From the IMG/VR virus record IMGVR_UViG_3300028048_000056, positions 64,001 through 128,000 of that record: a stretch of DNA of 64,000 bases; one strand, 5' to 3'. The notes under the pieces were generated by a model. That model saw only the letters and a program-made list of their open reading frames with translations, searched no databases and had not been told where the DNA came from. The stretch is from a virus (lineage: Duplodnaviria; Caudoviricetes). Both the position numbers and the translations under genes were made by a program. Numbering within the stretch: the first letter of the stretch is position 1; each line of letters begins with the position of its first letter. This document shows, piece by piece, positions 19,951-29,379 of this stretch.

Positions 19951-22843
19951 CATCTATGAGCATTCGGAAACCTACAGCTTCCAGACTAAGAATAATGCTT
20001 ATGCCACGGTTGCTTTTCCGATTGCCGCAATCTGGGGTCCTACCTTCGTAGAGGGTGACGAGGACTCAAACCCGGACTGGGTTCACTTCAGCTCCGGTTT
20101 CAGAGGCACTACTGATTTCATGACAACATTCAGAGGTGCCAACAACTATCTTGGTGCTCGTGAGAAGTCTTTCGACTATGCTCTGAAGCTTCTGGCAGCT
20201 GGTTACGATATTCTCGTCAAGAGAGTCGACGGCTTAGGCAACAAGAGTAGCAATGGTCTGTTCGTAATTCCCGCAGGCGTTGCTGCACCTGTCCCGGCTT
20301 CTGCGTATCTGTACCTTAAGCCTTCGGAACAGCCATACTCTGCGAACTATGATAAGTTCTTATACAGAGTGCTTATGCCACACGCTGTAAATCACAGCAT
20401 TGCTTGGGATTACAGCTATGCAGGTGAAGAAGACCAGCAGCTCACAGCCCAAATCTATGGTCAGAAGTATGACGCAGGGACCAACAAGTGGTCTAAGTAT
20501 CAGTCGAATTCACCTATTCTCAAGGTAACTGCAAAGTCAGCTAATACCGACACAGACAAACCTCTCGTGGTTGTAATTGGTAAGCCCAACATTATCACCA
20601 CACAGCAGAAGCCTACTCGCAATGCTCAGATGGTTCTGGACGGCGGTAGTTATCTCACGTCCAATACCGGTAAGCAGGTAACAGTACAGGGTTCTGTTCC
20701 AATTTCTGTTTTCTCTTCGGACGGCATTCTTTTAGAGCGTCGTAATGTTACAATGACCGAAACGACAGAAGCTGTTGCTTCATCTGCTTCTACCGGTCCT
20801 GACCGTACTGTTACGGTCTCTGTTGACAGCGTACTCGTTCCTGAGTTCACCTATATTCAGCTGGAAGAAATTCCTGCACTGCTGTCACTAAAGGTTGCAT
20901 ACGAAGAGACAATCAGCAATCTGTTCTCCAGTAATGAGGCTGATGTAAAGCTCGGCATGATTACCGTTCGCCTAGGTAACGCATGGACACAGCCAGCAGC
21001 TATGTCTTGTTCAGCAACAGCAAGCGGTTCCGGTGTAACAGCCGCAACTGTAGACGAGCTGGCGTTCAATAGTGCCGTTCAGGGTGTATCTGGTACATAC
21101 GAGTTCAAGTATGACGGTACCAAGTGGACACTCGGTTCAGGTGCGTCTGCGAAGGTTGTCACACCTTCTCAGTATGGTATTACCTATACAGGTACACCTG
21201 CAAACAATGACACAATCACAGTTACCTACGCCTTCGGCACTCCTGCTGATGTAGCAGGTCTATCTGCTGGTGCTGCTGCAGTAATCGATGCATCTACTCA
21301 GGAAGTTCGTCTTCAGGCGAAATATCCCGGCACCTTCGGTAATAACCTTAAGGTTAGAATCAAGTGCGGCTTAAACGGCGAAGGCTTCAAAATCGGTACT
21401 GTCGAGGTATTCGATAACAACGGTTACAGCGGTCATCCGAATGAGATTGTTCCTACCGACCAGCTGCTCGAGCTTGTGTCTGTCGCATTTGACGAAGACG
21501 CAGCGTCGGACAACCGTCCTCTCATCACAGAAGCTACTTTCAGTAATCTGGATACTCCTCGATTCATCGTAACCGGTACTGGTGCTGACGTGTCGCCTTC
21601 TGCGTATCCTACAGGCATGAAGGTTGTGTCACTTCTTTACGGTACTGACTACGCTACTGAGATTGGCAGTGGTGCTGACGCACAGCCTATCACCAAAGAT
21701 GCTATCCTCGAGCTCGTTGCAGAACGTTTCCCAACCGACAGTCAGTTCTACAACTATATTAGCATCATCGCAAGCGACTATGAGCAGAATGACCAGGATG
21801 CTCTGATTCGTCTGTACAACCAGCAGATTATGTACAGCAGATTCTATAAGGCTGTCGGCGAGTTGACTGACCCTATCTGCTACGATTGGGACGCACTCGT
21901 TCAGGGCATTGCAGATGACCAGTATGTACCTAAGTCCTTCTTGGAGGCAAACAGGGACACTTTCTTCATGGAGTACGAAGTATCTACACTCGTTACTCGT
22001 ATGATTGAGGTTGCTGCTAACTCCAAGTGTGGAGCTGCGCTCATCGGTACTCCGTTCGGTATGCCAAGAGGTATTCAGACAGGTACAGGTGCGTCTGCTG
22101 TTAAGACGGGTGCTCTCAAGTATAAAGATTCCGTTTCCCAGGTTGTCGGTCCGGTTTACTCTACATTTGGTGAGGTTGTAGGTCCTTGGTGCAAGACCAC
22201 ACTGGCACTTGCCGGCGCAAACAGCTGGATTGCACCTGAAATCGGTCACCTTCTGCTCATCATCAACTCCAAGGGCATCGGTGGTCAGAATAAGTGGTGG
22301 ATGGTTCCTGCCGGCATGCTCGGCACTGGCATCGTACACACACCTGAGTACAAAATCAAGAGACATTATCTTGACCTCATTCAGGACCACGACGAAGGCG
22401 TTTGCTTGAACCCGCTTATGGAAGTTCCTGGTAAGGGCTTCACTTGCTTCGGCAACAGCACACTCTGGGACAAGCCGCTGGGTTCCTACAACGCACTGCA
22501 GAACTTGTCTACCAGATTCCTTACTAACAGGGTTAAGCAGCGTATCTGGGATACTGCACTTCAGATTCTGTTCCGCTACAATAATGAGGATGCTTACTCA
22601 CACTTCTACGCAGGACTCAGCCCTCTTCTCGATGAGATGAGAGCTGTCGGCGCACTCACAGGTAACGAATACAACCCATGGGGCTATCGCATCATCATGA
22701 ACCCCGACATCGTTAACCTTGACCGCATCAATGCCAATACGGTTATTGGTAAGGTTGAGCTCGCTGTTACCGGCGTAATCGACACCGTCGACGTCGACCT
22801 CTTCCTGTTACCTCCTACAGGATTCCAGGAGACGTACGACTAA
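19937..22843 (+). CDS. Contractile tail sheath protein with large insertions
   Basis: MPRINIYE, AIWGP, AKYPGTFGNNLKV, WMVPAG, LNPL...FGNSTL, C-terminal sheath domain; 970 aa. Confidence 0.9.
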   Translation: MPRINIYEHSETYSFQTKNNAYATVAFPIAAIWGPTFVEGDEDSNPDWVHFSSGFRGTTDFMTTFRGANNYLGAREKSFDYALKLLAAGYDILVKRVDGLGNKSSNGLFVIPAGVAAPVPASAYLYLKPSEQPYSANYDKFLYRVLMPHAVNHSIAWDYSYAGEEDQQLTAQIYGQKYDAGTNKWSKYQSNSPILKVTAKSANTDTDKPLVVVIGKPNIITTQQKPTRNAQMVLDGGSYLTSNTGKQVTVQGSVPISVFSSDGILLERRNVTMTETTEAVASSASTGPDRTVTVSVDSVLVPEFTYIQLEEIPALLSLKVAYEETISNLFSSNEADVKLGMITVRLGNAWTQPAAMSCSATASGSGVTAATVDELAFNSAVQGVSGTYEFKYDGTKWTLGSGASAKVVTPSQYGITYTGTPANNDTITVTYAFGTPADVAGLSAGAAAVIDASTQEVRLQAKYPGTFGNNLKVRIKCGLNGEGFKIGTVEVFDNNGYSGHPNEIVPTDQLLELVSVAFDEDAASDNRPLITEATFSNLDTPRFIVTGTGADVSPSAYPTGMKVVSLLYGTDYATEIGSGADAQPITKDAILELVAERFPTDSQFYNYISIIASDYEQNDQDALIRLYNQQIMYSRFYKAVGELTDPICYDWDALVQGIADDQYVPKSFLEANRDTFFMEYEVSTLVTRMIEVAANSKCGAALIGTPFGMPRGIQTGTGASAVKTGALKYKDSVSQVVGPVYSTFGEVVGPWCKTTLALAGANSWIAPEIGHLLLIINSKGIGGQNKWWMVPAGMLGTGIVHTPEYKIKRHYLDLIQDHDEGVCLNPLMEVPGKGFTCFGNSTLWDKPLGSYNALQNLSTRFLTNRVKQRIWDTALQILFRYNNEDAYSHFYAGLSPLLDEMRAVGALTGNEYNPWGYRIIMNPDIVNLDRINANTVIGKVELAVTGVIDTVDVDLFLLPPTGFQETYD

Positions 22844-22932
22844 TACCTATATACTGATGTGCGTCTGTATATTAGAGCGTGGAGCGTTCACAGACGCACA
22901 TCAATAATTCTATTAAAGAAAGGTTTGATATC

Positions 22933-23208
22933 ATGAATAAGACAGAGTTTGTCTCAGCTCTCAAGGAGAAGACTGGATTTACTAACGAGCAGGCTTACAA
23001 GGCAATCGACGGCGTATTCGACGTCATCACAGACGCACTCGAAAAGGGTGATAGCGTCACAGTTCAGTCTTTCGGTACATTCGAGGTTCGCAACCGTGCA
23101 GCTCGTAAGGGCATCAATCCTCAGACTAAGAAGCCTATCGACATCAGTGCGAGCAAGGCTCCTGCGTTCAAGGTCAGCTACAAGCTGAAAGAGCGTATCA
23201 ACAAGTAA
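22933..23208 (+). CDS. hup: HU family DNA-binding protein
   Basis: MNKTEFV...FGTFEVRNRAARKGINPQT...PAFK. Confidence 0.95.
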   Translation: MNKTEFVSALKEKTGFTNEQAYKAIDGVFDVITDALEKGDSVTVQSFGTFEVRNRAARKGINPQTKKPIDISASKAPAFKVSYKLKERINK

Positions 23209-23222
23209 TCCCTGTTGATTTT

Positions 23223-23280
23223 GCTTAAATGCAGTGACGTTGTGTTACATTATGTACACGCATTTACCTTGCATTTAAGC
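23223..23280. repeat. 58-bp inverted-repeat element, copy 2
   Basis: GCTTAAATGC-N38-GCATTTAAGC. Confidence 0.9.
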
Positions 23281-23316
23281 AGTATCGTAAAAATCTATTA
23301 AAAGGAGGACGAGTCT

Positions 23317-23865
23317 ATGTGGATGGAAAGAATGTACTTCGGTACTGACCATATGATTGGTCAGGACGACTACATGCCGTACCTGAAAGACAAGTTCGAG
23401 ATTAGACTATATAACGTCAATTCGTCAGAGCTTGCATCCTTTTCAGATATTCTAACACTGTCTACAGACTCTCTTGGTGAGTTCAAGAAGGGTTACGGCG
23501 TTATCGAGGACTTCTACGGCAATGACAGCTTGAAGTTCGCAGGTAAGCCTACATTCCAGAATGTTTCTTGGACAATCAAGGGCTACGTTGGTCTCGATAG
23601 CCAGCAGGCACTCGTAGACCTCGACAGACAGGTGTTCGACTCTGCAACCGAGAAGGTCGGCAGACCAAGCCGCTACATGAAGGATGCGTATGTCCTTAGA
23701 GACTCTGGTGACGGTGACTCTAACTACTCTCGTATCTGGAAGTGGAGAGGCGTCTGGATTTCTTCGCTTGGCTTCGGCGATGCGGACTACAAGTCTTCGG
23801 ACATTGTCAAGTTCAACTGTACTCTGGAAGTTTCACGTGCAATTTACCTCGGTCCTATGTCTTAA
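23317..23865 (+). CDS. Tail tube protein (T4 gp19-like)
   Basis: LKFAGKPTF, RIWKWRGVWISSLGFGDADY; follows sheath. Confidence 0.8.
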   Translation: MWMERMYFGTDHMIGQDDYMPYLKDKFEIRLYNVNSSELASFSDILTLSTDSLGEFKKGYGVIEDFYGNDSLKFAGKPTFQNVSWTIKGYVGLDSQQALVDLDRQVFDSATEKVGRPSRYMKDAYVLRDSGDGDSNYSRIWKWRGVWISSLGFGDADYKSSDIVKFNCTLEVSRAIYLGPMS

Positions 23866-23879
23866 GGAGGTAGAAAAGC

Positions 23880-25787
23880 ATGAATGTATTCATTTCAGAA
23901 ATGCTCAAGACAATGGGTATTGCAGCAGACAGCCAGAAGCTCAACTGCTGCAAAGCCCAGGGCACAATTATCGACGACTCAAAGGTAGGATTCAGCTTAA
24001 CGCTGCCTGATGGCACTACTGTCGAGGTATACACACCAAAGGAAGACAGCTGTGCGACAGAAGAAGGATTTGCGTACATCCCCGAATGTGACGCAGAAAG
24101 CCCTGATATGTGTGCTGAAGACCTCGGTACCTGGGTAGGAGACTGCCTCGACTGCTCCAGACGTATCGATGCCTATTATGAGTCTATTCGAGGCAGAAGC
24201 ACAGAACTCAATTCGGCTCTTGAGCCAGACACAGCACGTCGTATCAAAGACGTGTTCAGAGCTGCACAGTCAGCAGTTGACCTGCCGCCTGGATTCCGCT
24301 ACACCGCATTCCGTGAGAACAAAGATGCAGACCTCATCTTGTCTACATTGATGTATACATCACAGAAGGTCGGTACTCAGTGGGTAGCTAAATCTTCACT
24401 TGCTCTCGATGTAGGTGCAGGTGCTGATGAGAGTGGCAGTGATGACTGGACATTCGAGCCAAACTACAATCCTGATTCTGAAGCTCATCTCATTTACCAC
24501 AGAGCAGGTCGATTCATCGATGTTGAGCGCGGCGCATACGGTGATACCGTTACCGGTGATACAGCTGAGAAGAGGGACAAGCAGGCAGCCTATTGGCTTG
24601 CCGGACTGTTGTCTGACATGGTCGACAGTATGCTTCAGAATCCGCCAGCTCGTTGCTACGAGTTCTTCCTTGCAGATGGCATTGCCGAGCTCAAGAAGTC
24701 AGACCTTGACCGTATGAGCACACCTGGTATTATGCGTCTGGTAACCAAGGGTTATATCAAGGCAGAGGACGTTCTAAAGGCAAAGCCGGCACTCGCAAAA
24801 GACCTGGTTCAGAAGAAGCTGATTACACCTGAAATCGTGGCACGTCGTGTTCCCGAGCGTCTCCTCTGGCTTGTTCAGGCTGGTTACATCAGCCCTGACT
24901 ATGCAGTCAAGGTTGACCCCACTATCAAGGATAAGCTGGTTAAGAAGGGCCTGTACACGATTGCTGATAACCTTCCTGATGACCCTTCTGCAATCTTGGA
25001 AGGTGTCAAGGCTGGTGAAATTCCGCCTACAGATGCTTACAGAAAGAATCCTAAGCTACTTCAGCCTATGGTCGAACAGAAACTCATCACACCGCAGGAA
25101 GCCTACAAGCTCGATGCGTCTATTGTTACATGGTTATTGCTCAATCACTTTATCGGCAGAGAAGAAGCCACGAAAGTAAAGCCCGACATTCAGAAGTACA
25201 TCGCAAGAAAGTATAAGGATGTCAACTGGGAAGAGCTGGACGCTTCTTGTAGCGACGGCGAAACCTTGAATTCAGGCGACGGTGGGCAGTTCAAAGACAA
25301 GCTAAAGAAGCTCAGAGAAGCATTTGCTAAACGCCAGAAGTCTGCCAAGAAGGCAGAGGAGGGTATCGACGCTGCTAATGAGGCAATCCTCAACAAGACA
25401 GCTAAGCTCCGCGAAGCAGCAGGTTTGAACAGCTCGATGGGCTTCAACAGCAATATGATAGGCGACGGCGATAACGTAGGCGAGCCACTTTCAAGCTCCG
25501 AAACACCTCATGTATTCGAGGAAGGAGACTTCAGCCAGTATGCACCTGGCTATGAGCCGCTTGCTACTACAACCGCTGAAGGACCTGGATTCATTGCTGA
25601 GGTTATGTTACCGGAAGACAATTTTGACGGGATTGTCGTACCCGGTGATTCTGCAGATATCGCAAAGGAAACTCTTACTCAGATGCTTCTGGCAAACGAC
25701 GGAACCTTCATCGACTGGAAGCCTGTAGATGACATTCAGACATTCAAGACTGAGAATGCTGACAAGAACATTCTCGTTCTTAACTAA
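23880..25787 (+). CDS. Modular protein with ~23-aa helical repeats and multiple LNS/LDC motifs
   Basis: Repeats LVTKGYIKAEDV/LVQKKLITPE/LVQAGYISPD; motifs KLNCC, LDCS, ELNSA, LDAS, TLNSG, GLNSS. Confidence 0.6.
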   Translation: MNVFISEMLKTMGIAADSQKLNCCKAQGTIIDDSKVGFSLTLPDGTTVEVYTPKEDSCATEEGFAYIPECDAESPDMCAEDLGTWVGDCLDCSRRIDAYYESIRGRSTELNSALEPDTARRIKDVFRAAQSAVDLPPGFRYTAFRENKDADLILSTLMYTSQKVGTQWVAKSSLALDVGAGADESGSDDWTFEPNYNPDSEAHLIYHRAGRFIDVERGAYGDTVTGDTAEKRDKQAAYWLAGLLSDMVDSMLQNPPARCYEFFLADGIAELKKSDLDRMSTPGIMRLVTKGYIKAEDVLKAKPALAKDLVQKKLITPEIVARRVPERLLWLVQAGYISPDYAVKVDPTIKDKLVKKGLYTIADNLPDDPSAILEGVKAGEIPPTDAYRKNPKLLQPMVEQKLITPQEAYKLDASIVTWLLLNHFIGREEATKVKPDIQKYIARKYKDVNWEELDASCSDGETLNSGDGGQFKDKLKKLREAFAKRQKSAKKAEEGIDAANEAILNKTAKLREAAGLNSSMGFNSNMIGDGDNVGEPLSSSETPHVFEEGDFSQYAPGYEPLATTTAEGPGFIAEVMLPEDNFDGIVVPGDSADIAKETLTQMLLANDGTFIDWKPVDDIQTFKTENADKNILVLN

Positions 25788-25788
25788 T

Positions 25789-25883
25789 CACGTAGCACGC
25801 TAACGCATACCAACGGTTTATAAATCGTATGTAGTTTTACAGGTTTACTGTTACTCACACAGAAATCGTTAGCGTATCACGTG
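25789..25883. repeat. Second intergenic repeat family (CACGTAGCACGCTAACGCATA)
   Basis: 21-bp exact match to 34908-34928; imperfect inverted arm at 25867-25883. Confidence 0.7.
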
Positions 25884-25918
25884 CATATAACGTGATTTGT
25901 ATTATAGAACTATAAATA

Positions 25919-25960
25919 AAACACGGTAGTGTTGTTGTCGACATTACCGTGTTTCTTTTT
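25919..25960. terminator. Bidirectional terminator between convergent blocks
   Basis: AAACACGGTAGTGT...ACATTACCGTGTTT with A- and T-tracts on either side. Confidence 0.75.
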
Positions 25961-25965
25961 GATGT

Positions 25966-26256
25966 TCAAATCCACATTCTGTGCCTTGCGTATTCAAGCT
26001 CTTTCTGCTTCATTTTCTTGAGAAATAGCTTTACTTCATAGGTGGACAGTGCTACATTGGTGTTACCCACACCCTTCTTGTCGATAAGCTGCTCGTCGTA
26101 TGATTGTAGTCTGAATTCATTCCAGACGCTTCTGCGTTCAATGCAGACGGTGTGGTAATACTTGTACTTCTTGTCGTACCGTTCATAATGAACACGTCGA
26201 ACATCCTCATACACCTTGTTAAAACCTATCTTAGCAAGCTTCTGGTCAACTGTCAT
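25966..26256 (-). CDS. Hypothetical protein
   Basis: 96 aa, last gene of the minus operon. Confidence 0.6.
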   Translation of the reverse strand: MTVDQKLAKIGFNKVYEDVRRVHYERYDKKYKYYHTVCIERRSVWNEFRLQSYDEQLIDKKGVGNTNVALSTYEVKLFLKKMKQKELEYARHRMWI

Positions 26257-26581
26257 ATTGTTCCATCAACTCCTTATGAGAGATTCCACCTGCAAGGCCT
26301 GGTGATTTATCACTGTCTTGCGGTGTGTAATGTGCGTCTGAATAGGAAGGATGCTTATACTCAATCATTGCAAAGTTAGCAATATCTACCAGATAATCCA
26401 GATTATGCGTTCTGTTGTAGAGGTCCAACCGTTCCTGAATACACTTCACAGCCTGTGCGAGCTCAGGGTAGGTATCTGACATCCAACCGTATTTGTAGTG
26501 ACTGGTTTCTATTGCTCGCTCCATCTTGGCAACGAATTCGCTTGACCAGTCTCGCTTCATTATTTCTTCCTTACTGTCCAT
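26246..26581 (-). CDS. Putative all-alpha NTP pyrophosphohydrolase (MazG/dGTP diphosphohydrolase-like)
   Basis: SHYKYGW...YLVDIANFAMIE; RBS AAGGAG before MDSK. Confidence 0.4.
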   Translation of the reverse strand: MDSKEEIMKRDWSSEFVAKMERAIETSHYKYGWMSDTYPELAQAVKCIQERLDLYNRTHNLDYLVDIANFAMIEYKHPSYSDAHYTPQDSDKSPGLAGGISHKELMEQYDS

Positions 26582-26930
26582 TGATACTCCACTCCTTCTT
26601 ACCAGGCAGCTCATCTAGATACACGCAATATCTTTTCTGAGTCATTCCTTGATTATCATGACGTTCTGCTGAACCTACATAGACATGGTAACCCATCTGC
26701 TGCAAGTCGTCTAAGAAGTTTTCAATTCCAGGGAACCACCATTCTTCCCAGATATTTACCCAGGACCTGTCATTCATCCAGAGTTCGTTGATGGCTTTCA
26801 TAATCTCGTCGCGGCGTTTGCACCACACCTTTCGCTGTAGCTGCTCACGCCACATGGGCTTGTTCACCCGCTGCTCATTAGCGGTTTTTAGCTCACTGAA
26901 GCAGTCTCCTGCTTGATAAAATTCACTCAT
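26571..26930 (-). CDS. Hypothetical protein
   Basis: Coupled to polA stop. Confidence 0.6.
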   Translation of the reverse strand: MSEFYQAGDCFSELKTANEQRVNKPMWREQLQRKVWCKRRDEIMKAINELWMNDRSWVNIWEEWWFPGIENFLDDLQQMGYHVYVGSAERHDNQGMTQKRYCVYLDELPGKKEWSINGQ

Positions 26931-29236
26931 TCTTCAGCACCTTCACCTTCTGACTCTTCGTCCTCTTCCTCCTCAATGTCAACTTCTGCGCCATACCAGC
27001 AAGGTGCTGTCTCTGGGTCAGACTTGAAGGGAACCGGTAAGTGAGAAGCTACCTTTTCCATATCTTCTTTGATATAAGTGATAGCTTCCTTATGATTTTC
27101 GATGGGGCACTCACAGATAACCTCATCGTGAATCATCAAGAGCAGATAACAATCCAGCTTCTTCAGGCGTGGGTCCTTATCAATCTCAATCATTGCGAGT
27201 TTGCTCATGTCGGCGGCACTGCCTTGTATCCTTGCGTTAAGACATTTACGACTCTGCTCGGAAATCTGATATGAATAATCCTTCACCTCTATACCTTGAG
27301 CTATCAAGCCCTGGATATACTCGTTCTTATCTTTACGCCACTTCAGACTCATAAGGTCGTTAAGATACTTCTTCTTGGCAGATTCTGACAACTCACTTGA
27401 ATCTGAAGAACCGTCTGGGTCAAACGGGTCAAAGTCTGGATTACAGCCGTCTTTATACCTGAACTCATAGGGGTCGTGCATCATAACCGACAGATGTCTA
27501 CGTCTGCCCCATAGGGTTTCTACATAACCCTTATCGTGTGCCATCTGAGCAGCTTCGTCTTGTGCCCTCAGAAGACCCGGAAAACTCTTGGTTACCTTGT
27601 CATATATCAACTGCGCTTCCTCAACTGAACACTTCAGCTGCTCCGCAATGGAAGGAATCTGCCTGCCGTAACAAATTCCCAAAACAATTGTCTTGGCTTG
27701 ACCTCTACGCTCCTTACCTTCTAGGTACAGTTCGCCGTTCGGTCTCTTCTCCAGACACTCCTCATAGGTGGTATTGAAGGCAACAGCCGCAATCATCGAG
27801 TATAAATCCAAACCCTTCTGATACGTCTCTATCATTTTCGGGTCCTTAGATAGTGAAGCAGTAAGACGAGGCTCCTGACCAGAATAGTCACAGGATATGA
27901 GATAACGACCAGGACGTGCGATGTACATCGTACGAATTTCTCTGTTATGTGACGGGATGTTCTGCATATTAGGGTCTACTGCTGAGGTACGTCCTGTATC
28001 TGCACCCAGCTGCTTAATACCACCATGAACTGTACCGTCAGCATGAAGGAACTTATCGAGACCTTCAAGATAAGTAGACAGCAGCTTGGTTGCTTCTCTG
28101 TATCTGAGAATTGCCGGTGCAATCGGGTGATTTATCTCCTTCAGTGCGTGCTTGTCGACCTTACCAGATTCTGGTTTTGGAAGTCCCATGATGTCATACA
28201 GAAGAATCTTGAGCTGACTATCAGAACCGATTTTAACCGGCATATCGATAATCTTGCCCTTGGTTCTTCCAAAACGCATTCTCCACTGATTAATCTTGGG
28301 AATATACGGTTCATACTCATGGACTACATCAGCTTCTGCGGCTTCCTTCAGTCCGCGATATTTCACGATTAATTCTGCTCTCTTGGCTTCATCGACGAGA
28401 ACACCTTTCTCACGCATTCGGAGAAGTACTGGAATAAGTGGTCTCTCGATAGTCTCCCACACCCTGAGAAGACCGGCGTTTTCAGGCTTTCTCAATTCTG
28501 AGTAAGCATAGTCGACAAGCTCACTTGCCATCTCAGCGTCTCGAGCGCCGTATGCACTGGTGTACTTGAACGGACATCGATTGAAAGTTCCAGGCGGGAA
28601 TAACTCACCGAACCTAGGTCCTCTGGTTGTATGAGAACAAAACTCAGCGTGTAAGTCTTTCAAGTTGTTGTTTCTGTGACGTTCTGTGTTCAACAGACGC
28701 ATCATCAGACTCGCATCATTCGAGCAGATATCCCAGAGTTTTACTCCCATCGAATACCAGAGTTCGTTCATATCGAATGGTGCGTTAAAGTAATCGATTG
28801 TCATACCAGGAATCCCAACCAAACGATTAAGCTGCTGAGCGCAGAACTCAACCGGTAACTGGTTCGGGTCGACTTTACCTGTAAATCGGGACAAATGTAA
28901 CATCGGAACATAAATTGCCTTTCGTCCAGGTGCGTATAATGAGAATCCGACAACAGGGTCTTTGAAGATGTTCAGTCCGGTTGTCTCAGTATCAAGACCG
29001 GTTCTCTTCTCTGATATGATGGTGTCTATGTAATCGATTAAAACATCTTTATCAGTCACGCAGTCATATTGCCCTGCGTATTTCTCTGACATAGCTTTCG
29101 CCTGTGCGATAATGGTGTCCATATCTTTTACAGGCTTAGCTCTCTTCTGAAGTGATTTTGGGATTTCGATTGGTGCCTGAGGTTCTGCTGAATTTGGCTG
29201 AATTCTAGGCGTCAATGATATTCGTCTTCTAGGCAT
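26927..29236 (-). CDS. polA: Family A DNA polymerase (3'-5' exo + pol, no 5'-3' exo)
   Basis: LDTETTG, DYSGQEPR, AKTIVLGICYG, NARIQGSAAD, MIHDEV. Confidence 0.95.
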   Translation of the reverse strand: MPRRRISLTPRIQPNSAEPQAPIEIPKSLQKRAKPVKDMDTIIAQAKAMSEKYAGQYDCVTDKDVLIDYIDTIISEKRTGLDTETTGLNIFKDPVVGFSLYAPGRKAIYVPMLHLSRFTGKVDPNQLPVEFCAQQLNRLVGIPGMTIDYFNAPFDMNELWYSMGVKLWDICSNDASLMMRLLNTERHRNNNLKDLHAEFCSHTTRGPRFGELFPPGTFNRCPFKYTSAYGARDAEMASELVDYAYSELRKPENAGLLRVWETIERPLIPVLLRMREKGVLVDEAKRAELIVKYRGLKEAAEADVVHEYEPYIPKINQWRMRFGRTKGKIIDMPVKIGSDSQLKILLYDIMGLPKPESGKVDKHALKEINHPIAPAILRYREATKLLSTYLEGLDKFLHADGTVHGGIKQLGADTGRTSAVDPNMQNIPSHNREIRTMYIARPGRYLISCDYSGQEPRLTASLSKDPKMIETYQKGLDLYSMIAAVAFNTTYEECLEKRPNGELYLEGKERRGQAKTIVLGICYGRQIPSIAEQLKCSVEEAQLIYDKVTKSFPGLLRAQDEAAQMAHDKGYVETLWGRRRHLSVMMHDPYEFRYKDGCNPDFDPFDPDGSSDSSELSESAKKKYLNDLMSLKWRKDKNEYIQGLIAQGIEVKDYSYQISEQSRKCLNARIQGSAADMSKLAMIEIDKDPRLKKLDCYLLLMIHDEVICECPIENHKEAITYIKEDMEKVASHLPVPFKSDPETAPCWYGAEVDIEEEEDEESEGEGAEE

Positions 29237-29268
29237 TGCGAGTGTACCTCCTAACTCTTATATATACA

Positions 29269-29300
29269 ATTATACACGATTTCCTAAATCGTCGTCGAAT
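29269..29300 (-). promoter_or_regulatory. ATTCG-N21-TATAAT promoter for polA
   Basis: Motif family member with extended TG. Confidence 0.7.
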
Positions 29301-29310
29301 ATACGAAACT

Positions 29311-29368
29311 GCTTAAATGCTACAAGTGTGCGTGTGTAATTGTTTACCACACAACCGTGCATTTAAGC
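29311..29368. repeat. 58-bp inverted-repeat element, copy 3
   Basis: GCTTAAATGC-N38-GCATTTAAGC. Confidence 0.9.
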
Positions 29369-29379
29369 AGTACCGCGGT

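Noticed and set aside
21629-22390. 253-aa antisense ORF in the sheath gene and similar antisense ORFs
   Set aside because: No RBS or motifs; explained by codon bias on the sense strand.
14810-22860. Late promoter consensus (CT.TATA(A/C)T at about 14812, 19905, 22846)
   Set aside because: Too few and too degenerate to support by eye.
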